NCBI GenBank assembly: GCA_002269645.1
Contig: NIVC01000019.1
Coordinates: 1,116,001 to 1,180,000 of the forward strand
DNA length: 64,000 nucleotides
Origin: Macrostomum lignano
Lineage: Eukaryota
Direction: 5' to 3'
Shown: positions 13,571 through 25,860 of the stretch, one piece after another
How the letters are laid out: each line of letters opens with the position of its first letter
Position numbering within the stretch: position 1 is the first letter of the stretch
Notes under the pieces: generated by a model
The model's database searches: none
The model's input: the letters and a program-made list of their open reading frames with translations, nothing else
What the model was told of the DNA's origin: nothing
Position numbers and translations under genes: made by a program

Positions 13571-14767
13571 CTGTTCGACATGAGCAGCTGCAATCATGTG
13601 ACTGGTGTTTTATTTTTCCCTGGACACTTCAGCAATAAATCCCATTGAATAGCAAGCCAATGCTGGACCAGATCTAGATCATCCCCTATAGCTATTGCAG
13701 CCCAACTCTCAATCCCAAATGGCTAGGGCTTCTCCTTTGTAAAAATGCCACTAGAGCAAGCAGCTCAGCTCCGGCCGATGAGGTGGAGCGCAGTGTTTCT
13801 TTCAGGAAAAAAATCAGACTAGCAAGCGTAAAAAGTGCAGCACACCGCGGGACGAAAATCCCATTAGTTTTTTTTACTTTGATATTCGATTTTTTTCGAA
13901 ATGCCCCCTCCCCCCACTAGATTTATGCTGCATGCACCGAGGGGAACAAACGGACGCTGGGGGGAATTCGCGCAGTGTCCAGTCAGTGTGCCCTTCAATG
14001 ACAGAAAGAAGCAGAGGTAGCGAGGGCACGGGGAGAGACAGGCAGCAGGGTTAGCATACAATAGATACAATAGAGCTGCTTCTATTCTGCTCTGAGAGGC
14101 CCCGGCTAAAGAAAGGATTAGAGGCCGCTGAACCCCCCCCCCCTGCCTTGTTATTCACTCGCCGTCTGGTGCCGCGCCTGAAGCGCCTCGGGCTGCCTTT
14201 TCGACTTTTTCCGCTACACGGAGAAGCTCAGATCTGTCGAGCAAGGCTTTGAGACAGAGAAAAAACTAGTTGAGTCGAAATGCGCGGGCACGCCCTTTTC
14301 CAGCCTCCTCCCTGTTTCTGCTTCTGAGCTAGCAGAAAATTCAGTCAGCAGGATCCCCTCGCCGCAGGGCGCACCTGCTCGCCCGACCTTTATGAGCCGG
14401 CTCTGCAATCAGCAACGGCGGCCAGGTGCTGTAACTCGGCCTGAAACTTGAGAGCGGAAGGCTCTTGATTCGCGAAGAATGATGCTAATTATCTCTGCGC
14501 ACCTGCTGTCATGATGAAGCTTATTTTGATGAAGCGAACAGTTCCAGACGAATTCGCGACTGACAGGAGTGGCAAAGCACCAACGAGCGAACTGGATGTT
14601 TGACCGACATGGTTGAGGGAATTCTCGCGATGGCTTGTAGAACAATTTCTATATCAGGCGATGGGGAGCTGAGAGAGAGGAGTCAGGGTGAACGAATTGA
14701 TAAAATAATTTTGCGAGGGTGACAGATAAAGGCAGGGACGAAGTAAAAACGGCAGAGACGTTGAGAG

Positions 14768-15105
14768 GAAGGGAGACAGGGGAGAGGGAGACAGGGGAGA
14801 GTGGGACAGGGGAGAGGGAGACAGACAGGGGAGAGGGAGATAGGGGAGAGTGGGACAGGGGAGAGGGAGACAGGGGAGAAGGAGACAGGGGAGAGGGAGA
14901 TAAGGGAGAGGGAGACAGGGAGAGTGAGACAGGGTAGAGTGAGACAGGGAGAGTGAGACAGGGAGAGGGGGGAGATGGGGAGAGGGAGATAGGGGAGAGG
15001 GGGAGATGGGGAGAGAGAGATAGGGGAGAGTGAGACAGGGAGAGGGAGATAGGGGAGAGGGAGATAGGGGAGAGGGAGATAGGGGAGAGGGAGATAGGGA
15101 GAAGG
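14768..15105. repeat. Purine-rich GGGGAGAGGGAGA(C/T)A repeat
   Basis: Visible 15-17-bp G/A repeats. Confidence 0.9.
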
Positions 15106-15626
15106 AGCTAGAAATGGACAGAAAGAAGTCAGAGAGCCAATGTAAACACAGACAGGCGAGCATTCCTAAATAGAATGAGTATATAAGTATATAAAGGATA
15201 TCTTATAGCAGCGGAAAGGAGCGCATGACTAATCGGGGTAGAGCCGGATAAACAAAGAAACAAGAGAATAAGGAGAAGCGCAACCGGAGAGTCGAGCGAA
15301 TAAATTCTGGCTCTGCTGTAGCCGCAATATTGGGAATCTTAGCTGTCGATCAATCTTTGTTAGAGAGACATTTTTGTGTGGGCCTGTGCCAGCTGGCACA
15401 CCAGCGAACTTGACACAGGCGGGGTGGCCTCAAACGCAGAGAGGAAATACTTATCTTGCCAGCCGAAATCCCTCAATCCCAGCGGCTTAGCGACCGTCTG
15501 CTAGCCGAAAATTGCCAGTCGAGCAAAGTTTTGCGCAATTATCCGACGTCTTGTCGCTCATGCATCCCTCCATGATTGGTTGTGTCTGGGGATGTCCTCA
15601 GTTCTGCCGAGATTAAGGGCAGAGTG

Positions 15627-15633
<7 letters not shown>

Positions 15634-15710
<77 letters not shown>

Positions 15711-15863
15711 GGAGAGAGATTGAAGGGCAGAGAGGTTGAAAGGCAGAGAGAGTGAAAGACAGCGAGTGAAAGACAGCGAGTGAAAGACAGAGAGAGTGAA
15801 GGACAGAGAGAGTGAAGGACAGAGAGAGTGAAGGACAGAGAGAGAGAGAGAGAGGGAGAGAGA

Positions 15864-15900
<37 letters not shown>

Positions 15901-15960
15901 AAAGGCAGAGAGGTTGAAAGGTAGAGAGAGTGAAAGGCAAAAGAGTGAAGGACAAAGAGA
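15634..15960. repeat. (GA)n microsatellite with 18-bp GAGTGAAGGACAGAGA-type units
   Basis: Direct inspection. Confidence 0.92.
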
Positions 15961-16569
15961 AGACAGTGAAAGACAGATAGCTTGGCGTGAACCCTTGATG
16001 GTGTAGCTACAGCGCGCGTGAACAAGTGGCTCCCTTTTAATAAACTGTCTTCTCTCCTTCTCGGCTCCCGAGATGATGGATGAAGTGCCCAGCCTCCAGC
16101 ATCCTATTAAAATGATTAGCGGCCGCATTATCTGATCGCGCTGTGCAGCTACTTACCGAATTTTTATATAAAATTTGGCCTCAGATTTTTTGCTAAGTGC
16201 CCCAATCCTTCCGTGCTTCGAATAGCTCGACTATCCCCTATCCAGGCCAGACAAAGAGGGGGGGGGCTTGCAATGCAGCGCAGTGCAAGGAGAAATTGAT
16301 TGATCGATTGAAAATTCGCCTGGATGGGCACTCTTGACCGGCCTCTTTTAGTGTTGCCCCGGCCTGTTTGCGTCAGGCGGATAGCTCGCAGTGGTGAAGC
16401 GATATCATTTTCTGCTCTGTGCTTCCAGTGAAAGCCCTGATACAAAACCAGTTGTTGGCTTGAAAACTGCCCGATCGCTTTATCAGTTCAGCTTTTGTCT
16501 TGACAAGATACAGAATAGAATCTACAGTTGTGTGACTTGCGAGTTTATATACAAAATAATCGGCCACAT

Positions 16570-16925
16570 GACAACCAACCACCCCACGCCGCAAGCACCC
16601 TATAAAACAACCACCCCACGCCGCCAGCACCCCATAAAACAACCACCCCACGCCGCCAGCACCCCATAAAACAACCACCCCACGCCGCCAGCACCCCATA
16701 AAACAACCACCCCACACCGCAAGCACCCCATAAAACAACCACCCACGCCGCAAGCACCCTATAAAACAACCACCCCACGCCGCCAGCACCCCATAAAACA
16801 ACCACCCCACACCGCAAGCACCCCATAAAACAACCACCCACACCGCAAGCACCCCATAAAACAACTACCCCACGCTGCCAGCACCCCACTAAACAACCAC
16901 CCCACGCCGCCAGCTCCCTAAAAGC
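16570..16925. repeat. 32-bp C/A-rich minisatellite
   Basis: Unit CACCCCATAAAACAACCACCCCACGCCGCCAG; period 16621 to 16653. Confidence 0.92.
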
Positions 16926-17054
16926 CAACCCCACCACGCAGCCAAATCCCGAAAACCAACCGCATCACGCGGCCAACACTCGAAGAACCAAACACTCGAC
17001 TTACTCTGCCTACAACCGAAGCCAATCAATCTCAACAACCCTCCATTCCAACAG

Positions 17055-19557
17055 AGCGTTCGCAACGAGAAACTAGACGCGTTTATCTGGGACAGCGCCC
17101 GCCTAAACTATGAGGCCGCGGCGGACGAAAAATGCGAGCTGATGACCGCCGGCGACGTTTTTGGCCGGACCGGCTACGGCCTGGCGATGCCTCAGGACAG
17201 CCCGTGGATTGCCGAGATCTCACAACTGGTGCTGAACTTTCACGAGAGCGGCTTCATGGAGAAGTTGGATACCAGATGGATCTTGGTCAATGAAACTAAC
17301 TGCAAGAAGGCCAACTCTTCACCGGCCACTCTGGGCCTCACAAACATGGCCGGAGTTTTCATCATGGTGGCAGCCGGCATAGTGGCGGGCGTTTTCCTTA
17401 TCTTTATTGAAATTGCCTACAAGCGCCGGCGCGGCCTGCGCGAGAAAGAGCTTGAGCTAGCCAAGACAGCCGCTGATAGGTGGCGCAGCAACATTGAAGT
17501 GAGTTTCTCTGGGGATTAAACTCTAGTTGAACGAATACGCTGGCGTGAGGAGGCTGTCTTGGGGTGTGGGGTGCTTGGCGTGAGGAGGCTGTCTTGGGGT
17601 GTGGGGTGCAGTGCTTGGCGTGAGGAGGCTGTCTTGGGGTGTGGGGTGCAGTGCTTGGCGTGAGGAGGCTGTCTTGGGGTGTGGGGTGCTTGGCGTGAGG
17701 AGGCTGTCTTGGGGGTGTGGGGTGCAGTGCTTGGCGTGAGGAGGCTGTCTTGGGATGTGGGGTGCTTGGCGTGAGGAGGCTGTCTTGAGGTGTGGGGTGC
17801 TTGGTTTGAGGTGGCTGTCTTGGGGTGTAGGGTGCAGTGCTTGGCGTGAGGAGGCTGTTTTAGGGTGTGGGGTGCTTGGCGTGAAGGGTTGTCTCGGGGG
17901 TGTTGGCCTCTTGGCGTGTCGAGGGCGTGGGCTGCTTGCCGTGAGTAGCTGTCTGGAGTGTGTCGCTCTTTGCTTAGATAATAAAGTCTGCTGCAAATTA
18001 AAGTTGTTTTTTGGCTACATAAAAAAATTCTTAAAATAGACGTTAAGTTTGCTCAGTCAAGGTAAATAAGTCCCATAGTCGGGAGGCCTGAAGTTCACGT
18101 GACCAAGCGGATAGCAGGCCATTCGCGCAAACTCAATCAGCGCACTTCAGGCAGCCTATCTGCGAGCTATAAAAATACTCGAGCACCCGCTAATAAAATA
18201 AATCTGCCGCTTTAAAGCCCCTGGCAGGACAAGCCTCTTCATTAGCGCCCGCGTGGAACAGAAATTTCTTTATAGTCGAAAAACTTTCGGATCAGTTCGG
18301 ACTAGAATGAGAATAGGAGGGCCGTCAATTAATGGACGGGCCTAGATGTAGAGTCTGCATGATATTTTCAGCTTATTACGGTGTGTAGCATAGCAACAAC
18401 AGTACAGTTGCCTTAGCAGCAGGAATGCCAAGCCATTTTTCCGCCCGTCAAACTACCAAAGGGGGAGAATTCCTCAATGTTTTTTGCTGCGCCGGAATGG
18501 AGTAACGCAAGAATACGGGCTAACTTTTGTCACCTGATGCCACCTGTTGAAGGTGCCGACGGCGTCTGGGTGATGGCGGAATTCTTGAGAGACCAGCTAA
18601 GGATGTCCAGTAGTTGAGGTTTGCCCACTGTCGAGGCTTTGTCAGCGAAACTAGAGAAATCCGCATCAGGGTGTCCATAGTCACCTGGTGCCACCTGTTG
18701 AATGTCCAGAAGCTCCGCCTGGGTGAAGGCTAGTGACCAACGAAGTCAGAGCTGATGCAGACACATCTGGTCGATGTGCTGATGAAATTTGGAGGCTTGG
18801 CAAGGCTGCGCTGAGGCGCAGTGCTGATTGGCGCACAGGGGTGTACTGAATACACTGGCGCTAATGGAAAAAATCCGACCTTCTGGCAGAATTGTCGAAT
18901 ATCTCGACGGTCCAGAGAGAACTTGATTCTTGTTTGAGAAGGTGCGCGTCAAAAATTCAGCGCGTGTTCTTGAGTTTCGTGTGCCCGCGTTGCTCTGTTC
19001 CGGCGCAGCAAAATATTGTCAAGGGGGGGGGGCAATTCAACGCTAAACAGACAGTTTCAGGGGGTTGTTTTGTCTGTCTGAAATCGAGACGCAAATTGGA
19101 CACAGTTTAACAAAGGTTAAAATGAAGAAAACATGTTTTGTTTTTTTGTCGTAATTTTTTAAAAAAGAAGAAAACATGCGATTTTCACTACTTATCTAAG
19201 TGCAAGGTAAGTAGTTTATCTGACGAAATTAAATGGATAAATTTATTCATTATTTTTCATTGATTTCAGAAACGCAAAATTCTGCGTCGCACCTTGGAAA
19301 ACGAGCAACACGAAGAGGCGGCCACGGCCGGCGCTATTCGACGCCTGACGCCGTCGGCGTCCGCCGGTGGAGTCGGCAGCGGCAGCGGCGCCGGCGGCGG
19401 AAACAGTTTCGGCTATGGCATGGGCGGCGGCGGCGGCGCCAGCTTCGAGCCGGGAGCAGTGGAGGGAGCTGCGGCTGCTTCCGCCTACAATTTCCGGAGT
19501 CCCATGGTGATGGCCAATGCCAACAATTCTTCTCTGGATAGTAAAGCTATCGTGTGA
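17055..19557 (+). CDS. GRIN1: NMDA receptor subunit NR1, last two coding exons (17055..17498 and 19270..19557); upstream exons not found in window
   Basis: Exon A: acag|SVRNEKLDAFIWDSARL..FHESGFMEKLD..NMAGVFIMVAAGIVAGVFLIFIEIAYKRR..DRWRSNIE|gtgagt (S2 lobe, M4, C0, NR1-type). Exon B: tttcag|KRKILRRTLE..KAIV*, phase 0; the junction WRSNIE-KRKILR resembles the invertebrate NR1 tail. Confidence 0.92.
17540..17890. repeat. 28-33-bp G/T-rich intronic minisatellite
   Basis: Unit GTGCTTGGCGTGAGGAGGCTGTCTTGGGGTGTGGG, starting about 40 nt after the NR1 donor. Confidence 0.92.
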
Positions 19558-19834
19558 GCTGAAATGGAGACGGTGTTATTTTTGCAAAACTAATTAATAC
19601 CATTATTGTTTGTGACGGCTTAAGTTGCCGTCATGAGGAATTTTATTTCTCTATTTGCAGTCTTTGTTTTATAAAGCGTTGTGTTAAAATAAGGCCATTT
19701 TGTGAAGATATCTTTGTACGAATTGGATAGTTGTCGAAAAAACTGTGTGATCTTGTTGTGATTAAAGTTCAAGCTACTGATAAAAATAATTTATATATTA
19801 TAGGAATTCTTGTCTTGGTGTGTAAACTCGCTGT

Positions 19835-21035
19835 GTACAGATGGGTCTTTGTGTGTATATTCACTGTGTGCAATCGGTCTTTGTGTGTATATATTCACTG
19901 TGTGGAATCGCGGTTTTTGTGTGTATATTCACTGTGTGCAATCGCGGTCTTTGTGTGTATATTCACTGTGTGCAATTGCGGTCTTTGTGTGTATATTCAC
20001 TGTGTGCAATCGGTCTTTGTGTGTATATTCACTGTGTGCAATCGCGGTCTTTGTGTGTATATTCACTGTGTGCAATCGCGGTCTTTGTGTGTATATTCAC
20101 TGTGTGCAATTGCGGTCTTTGTGTGTACATTCACTATGTGCAATCGCGGTCTTTTTTTGTATATTCACTGTGTGCAATCGGTCTTTGTGTGTATATTCAC
20201 TGTGTGCAATTGCGGTCTTTGTGTGTATATTCACTGTGTGCAATTGCGGTCTTTGTGTGTATATTCACTGTGTGCAATCGGTCTTTGTGTGTATATTCAC
20301 TGTGTGCAATCGGTCTTTGTGTCTATATTCACTGTGTGCAATCGGTCTTTGTGTCTATATTCACTGTGTGCAATCGGTCTTTGTGTGTATATTCACTGTG
20401 TGCAATCGCGGTCTTTGTGTGTATATATTCACTGTGTGGAATCGCGGTTTTTGTGTGTATATTCACTGTGTGCAATCGCGGTCTTTGTGTGTATATTCAC
20501 TGTGTGCAATTGCGGTCTTTGTGTGTATATTCACTGTGTGCAATCGGTCTTTGTGTGTATATATTCACTGTGTGCAATCGCGGTTTTTGTGTGTATATTC
20601 ACTGTGTGCAATCGCGGTCTTTGTGTGTATATATTCACTGTGTGCAATCGTGGTCTTTGTTTGTATATTCACTGTGTGCAATCGCGGTCTTTGTGTGTAT
20701 ATATTCACTGTGTGCAATCGTGGTCTTTGTTTGTATATTCACTGTGTGGAATTGCGATCTTTGTGTGTATATTCACTGTGTGCAATCGGTCTTTGTGTGT
20801 ATATTCACTGTGTGCAATCGCGGTCTTTGTGTGTATATTCACTGTGTGCAATCGCGGTCTTTGTGTGTATATATTCACTGTGTGCAATCGTGGTCTTTGT
20901 TTGTATATTCACTGTGTGGAATTGCGATCTTTGTGTGTATATTCACTGTGTGCATTTGCGGTCTTTGTGTGTACATTCACTGTGTGCAATCGGTCTTTGT
21001 GTGTATATTCACTGTGTGCAATCGCGGTCTTTGTG
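19835..21035. repeat. 32-36-bp minisatellite
   Basis: Unit GTCTTTGTGTGTATATTCACTGTGTGCAATCGCG with length variants; source of three overlapping Cys-rich pseudo-ORFs. Confidence 0.96.
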
Positions 21036-23995
21036 TGATTATAATCTGCAATATGAGTTAAACTAAAGCTATTTCTATAAAAAAAGCCGCCTGTTAAATC
21101 AGTTCGGTCATGTACATGTATTCCACTGTGTTTCCACCAAGAAGCAGAGTCGATTGTCCCTAATAGTAAGTGTTCAACACTGTTTGAGCAACAGCTGATT
21201 TTATGGAAAGTGTACCAAATCTTAACTATGCTTATGAATTATTTAACTCTAGTCAATAGCCTGTACAATGCAGTTTTTATTGCAATTGTTAATCGCTTCA
21301 ACTAATAACTTTTTATGAACAAAAAGTGTTGTTAAAGGTGTCTGCGTGTACTTTAATTACCAAGGATCCACTAAGAGCAGAAGGATGGGACGCGTTGTTT
21401 CTTCAAAAGCTTGTCGAGGGAAATTACAGCAAAAGACAAGTGCTTTTTGCACTCGTAGCTGATATTCAGATTTAATGTAATTTTAAAATATAGCTTGATG
21501 GTAAGGACAGTTAATAAAATAAATTAGGAAAATCACATGAAATCCATATTTATCAAGTAGGTTTTCGCCGAAAAATTGAAAAGTCAATTTATGTTTCTAA
21601 GGATAAGTATATTTGACTGTACAAACGGGGCCATTTAGAATCATACCATCTTGGATGTGAATTGTTAAAAAATGTCAATAAAATTGAAGTATTAATCCGT
21701 CCTTCCACTCATAGTGACACCAAGGTTCTTAATTACACGACACCGTAACTGGTTTAATTTTTTAGTTTTTATTCTATTTTTTGAATCTTCGTAACTACCT
21801 TTAAGATAAATTCGTGTATGCGTTATTTATGACAGCCTGTTTTGTTTTAAACTCTGCATTAATTTAAATTTTCATGTTGATACGAAATTCAAAGTAAAGC
21901 GTCATATAAATAAAACTTTTCGAAAATTGATGCAGGCAACTTTGCTGGCAGAAGTCATGCCATGTGACAGACAAATTTCAGGAGAAGTTCGCGATGGCAA
22001 TATTTATTTAGTCAGTGAGTTTTAATTAATGCAAATTTCACGCAGTATTTATGTGTGTTGTAGACGCGCAAATGTGCATATAAAAATCGTTTGAAAGTGC
22101 GATCTTTTCACGTCTTTTAAAGCGCCTATAACAAAGTATTCGTGAATAAAATTATTTATAATTTGTCGTAATGTACTTTAATGTTTGCTATTTGTCCGGA
22201 AGTCAGTTGTGTTGCTTTAAACTTTTTGTAACTTCTTATATTCACTTTCCCCTTTTCTTTTGATCCGAAAAAGAAATCGACTCGAAAAATCGATAAAAAT
22301 ACAAAAAATTTTCTGCGCTTTTAATGCCTAAGACATTTTCGCTCCATGCTTAACGGCTGAGCAAATTAAAAAAATCTAAATTGAAATCCATGCGATGAAA
22401 GACTACGACTTGCTTAAGCTTGCTTGTGTCACAGGGTTTTTGTTCTCTCTTGTCTTCAATATCTCACTGAATGCCACCAAAGTTTTACCAGCGGTTTACT
22501 TCTCAACTCTGAAGTATCCTACAGCTGTCACCAAGCATCGTAGAGAGTTTTACTCTCTGTCACTTAAGTATCCTTGGCCGCTGTTACTTAAGCTGTTCAA
22601 TGGGTTTTCCTCTATAGCTATCCCAAAAGCTGACGCCAATGTTCTGCTTATAGGTCTTTGTCCAGTCTTAAAATTATTCCACCAGAAGCCACCAAAGTGA
22701 ATTGCAGTGTGTCATTACATGTAGTTTTACCGTTTTTAAATGACAACTAAAGCAACGTATCTACTTTAGTAGTCCTTGAAAATAATATTACTGTTGTCAC
22801 CCCAGTTGTAACGGGTATTTACTTCTGCCTTTACACAGTGTATACAGACGGACAGACAGACAGACATATTATTGTCAGTGTAATGTATATTCACTGGTAG
22901 CGTATACATCACTGGTAGTGTATGAATCTCTGGCCTGATCGGTTGTATGGCACTGTCTTTGTTCGTTCTTATCTGCTATAATGCGTTTATACATGTAGTT
23001 ACTCCTACATGTATAAGGGACTTTGATATCTCTGTTGGGGCGTTTTCCAGGATCAGGGGGTCACGCGGCTATAATAGGCGGTTTATACTGCTTAAGGCGC
23101 TTAGCTTCCGACTACTTCTGAGATCGTTTTATAGTTTCTTAACGGTTATCGATCCTCCCGATGCTCGGGGCTTTAATTTTTAAGAAAAACAAAGTACGAA
23201 AAAAGGAAAAATTACACTTTGAGCATTGATTTTTAATATAATGGATTTTCTCACAATACTGTGGTTTCTTACGAGCAGCGTATTTCCAAAGTTCTTGTGT
23301 CTCGAGATTAAAAGACTGAAAAACAAAATCCAAGAGATTGACTCCGAGAGTTGGGGGAGGGAGAGTGTGATTCTTCGCTCTGATTTAGCCTTGTATTTAA
23401 ACTATATTTCGAACAAGTTTTTAACAAATTTTACTGGTTGAATATTTTTTAAATCATTTTAATAAAACAAAATTGGCGCAAGTTTAAAATACAGTAGTTT
23501 CTCAGAGAAAACGCGCAGCAAAATACACTACGGTACCTGCGTACGGTACCGGGTACGCAAAAAGTATCCAGACACTTGCATGTGTTGCAGAGAAGGACAG
23601 ATAAATATGCACGTGTTGTACCCAAAATCAGTGAATTTTCACATCGCAACTCAATGCAACAAATTGTCGTAGCTCGTTTTTCAGCAAAGTGGCCAATGCA
23701 ACAGGTCGGTCGAAAGGTGATAACGGCTTAATTAAAGGTCTATTGCGACGTAAATTGCGAAATTTCAAGCTCGTGTTCCATTTAACAACGTAAAAATGAA
23801 TTTTTTCTAAAATGCAAACAAGAGAAACGTAACGCGGGCATTGAGCAACAAAAGTGAAACTTAATTTAAAGAAGCGGTCGCTTTTTCTAACAGAGTTCAA
23901 GATCGTCAGGCTTCCTCGAATCAATCGCCTGGCCCACTTGCTGACATGTGCTGCTCAAATGGTTCCAACAAGCGGCTCTGCATGCCTGACTCGAT

Positions 23996-25071
23996 TTAAT
24001 CCACGATTGGAGAACCTCCTTGGGCAATCACCTTCTCAAGACGACCACGAAATGCTTTGCAGCATCTCACCAGATATTCCGGAGTCAGCTCTGATTCCCA
24101 AGCCTCATGAATGGCAGATCTCAGCGAGTCCAGGGACGTGTGGAAGCTTCTGCAGGCCCGCTTGTCAACCTGGTTCCAGATCGAAAAATCCAGGGGATTT
24201 AGATCCGGTGAGTTAGTGAGTAGGCTGGCCAGTCCTCCTTCAGCCAGACGCGTTTGCGCCCAAAGTGAGCGCTGAGCCAGGCCTGCACGTCATTGCGAGT
24301 GTGTGCTGGAGCCGAGTCCTGCTGGAAGCGAAAGTTCCAGCCATCTGCAAAACTGCCATCCGGCCGCACCTTGTCGGGATAGTTACTGCGAATCCAGTGC
24401 AGCACTTTCTGGAGCACATCAAGGTACCCGTCTCCATTCTGTCGGTACCCCTTGTCAAAAAATATTGGCTGCATTTTCTTGCCATCAAAAGCGACGAGGC
24501 CGAAGACCATGATGGTTGCCGGGTGCTTCATCTGTGGCGAGTTGAAGGCGTCCCGCTCCTCACTGCTCCTGGCCAGCACGCGCGAAGAGCTGCAATTCCG
24601 GTAGGGTGTCTGCGTGAAGTTCTTTTCATCCGTGAAGAAGATGACTTCAACTCCGGGAGAGGCCTTGAGGTCATTCAGGAGCCTCCGTGACTGTTGAACC
24701 TGAAGCCCCAGCTGATCCGCGTTCAGCATGGGGATCTCCCTCTGCACGAAGCTCCTGACGCCCATCTCCTAAAATGCATTGCGGACATTGCTCTCATGCA
24801 CTCCTTCCTCTCGGGCAATTTGCCTCATCGTCTTAGTTGGGTCTTTTGCCCGCTTGGCTTCGAGGTTGGCCATGAAGTCTGGTGTCCGGACTGTCCGCGG
24901 CCGTCCCAATTTCTTCTTCGGTTCCAGGCTGTCGCCAGAATACAGCAGCTTCTTCCAATCACCGACGGTGCTCTTCCCTACTGAGTACTTCTCAGCACAC
25001 ATTCGCACGCTCATTCCAGAAGTCAAGTCGGTAGCGACACGCTTCTTGAGATCCAAGGAATAGCTCGCCAT
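23996..25071 (-). mobile_element. IS630/Tc1/mariner transposase pseudogene, maT-like sequence with DD39D triad
   Basis: MASYSLDL..HTH..GRPR (ATG 25071), TAG at 24769..24771, then FFTDEKNF, QQDSAPAH, WPA[Y/N]SPDLNPLDFSIW after removing an 8-bp insertion near 24210..24221, ending RLEKVIAQGGSPIVD* at 23996; TIRs not found. Confidence 0.9.
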
Positions 25072-25860
25072 TTTGTGAACTTGGGGTGACAAATCCGCGG
25101 ATTGAAAACGAAGCTTTCGTAATAAAAGGGTAAACAGCATGAGTCCATTTTGCATATCAGGGTTAAAATTCCAGGTAGAAGTTGGGCCATAGACGTATTA
25201 TAAAAATGATGCTTTAAATTGCCGGAGTATGTCAAACTCTCGGAAAGCAAAGCCAACAAGATTCTGTCCGGACACAGATATAATATAAACACACAGGAAT
25301 ACACTTCATCACTGCTATAAATTATTTTTTCTTCAAAATAATCAACAAAGATTTACAAATAAATATATAACATGACATGAGAAACTATTACACTAGTAAT
25401 CATACAATTCTTTTATTTTTTACTATAACAGAATTGTAATAGAATATTTATTGAAACGGTTGCAACACTACTTGTGTGCAATTATTTGTTATAATTTACT
25501 ATTTAAAGTGAGATTAGACTTACAAAAATGTAAAAAACCGGTACTTGATATTTCTGGTTATTGGTACTCTAATAATTAAAATTTTTGAACAAACGGAATA
25601 TACTTACATAGAGTTATCAGGAAACCACAAATAAGTTTATTGCTTTTTGTATTAAATGATCATTTATAAAGATATGCAGCTTAAAGTATTTTGACTAAGT
25701 TTTGACCTTAAATAAAACTTTTGCACAGGAACAACAAAGAAATCACTTTTGGACAGTCAATATCTATTAAAAAGATCTAAACCATGTGCTTAAATCCAAA
25801 AGTTTGAAAAAGTCTTGTAAGTTCTATGCTCGAAATTTTATTCGTCAAATCTGACAAATC

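Noticed and set aside
18892-19110. CxxC-containing ORF in the NR1 intron as a piggyBac-like C-terminus or alternative exon
   Set aside because: Cys spacing incomplete, no upstream DDD domain and no convincing splice sites.
19731-21066. Cys-rich 400-aa ORFs (metallothionein- or keratin-like)
   Set aside because: Three overlapping frames show the same motifs because of 32-36-bp unit length changes; repeat artefact.
22540-22710. Minus-strand HFGGFWW resembling a Bel/Pao integrase motif
   Set aside because: No further integrase similarity in any frame and no LTR seen; would need a profile search.
25261-25282. TATATCTGTGTCCGGACAGAAT as the transposon 5' TIR
   Set aside because: No inverted partner found downstream of the transposase stop, so element ends are left undefined.
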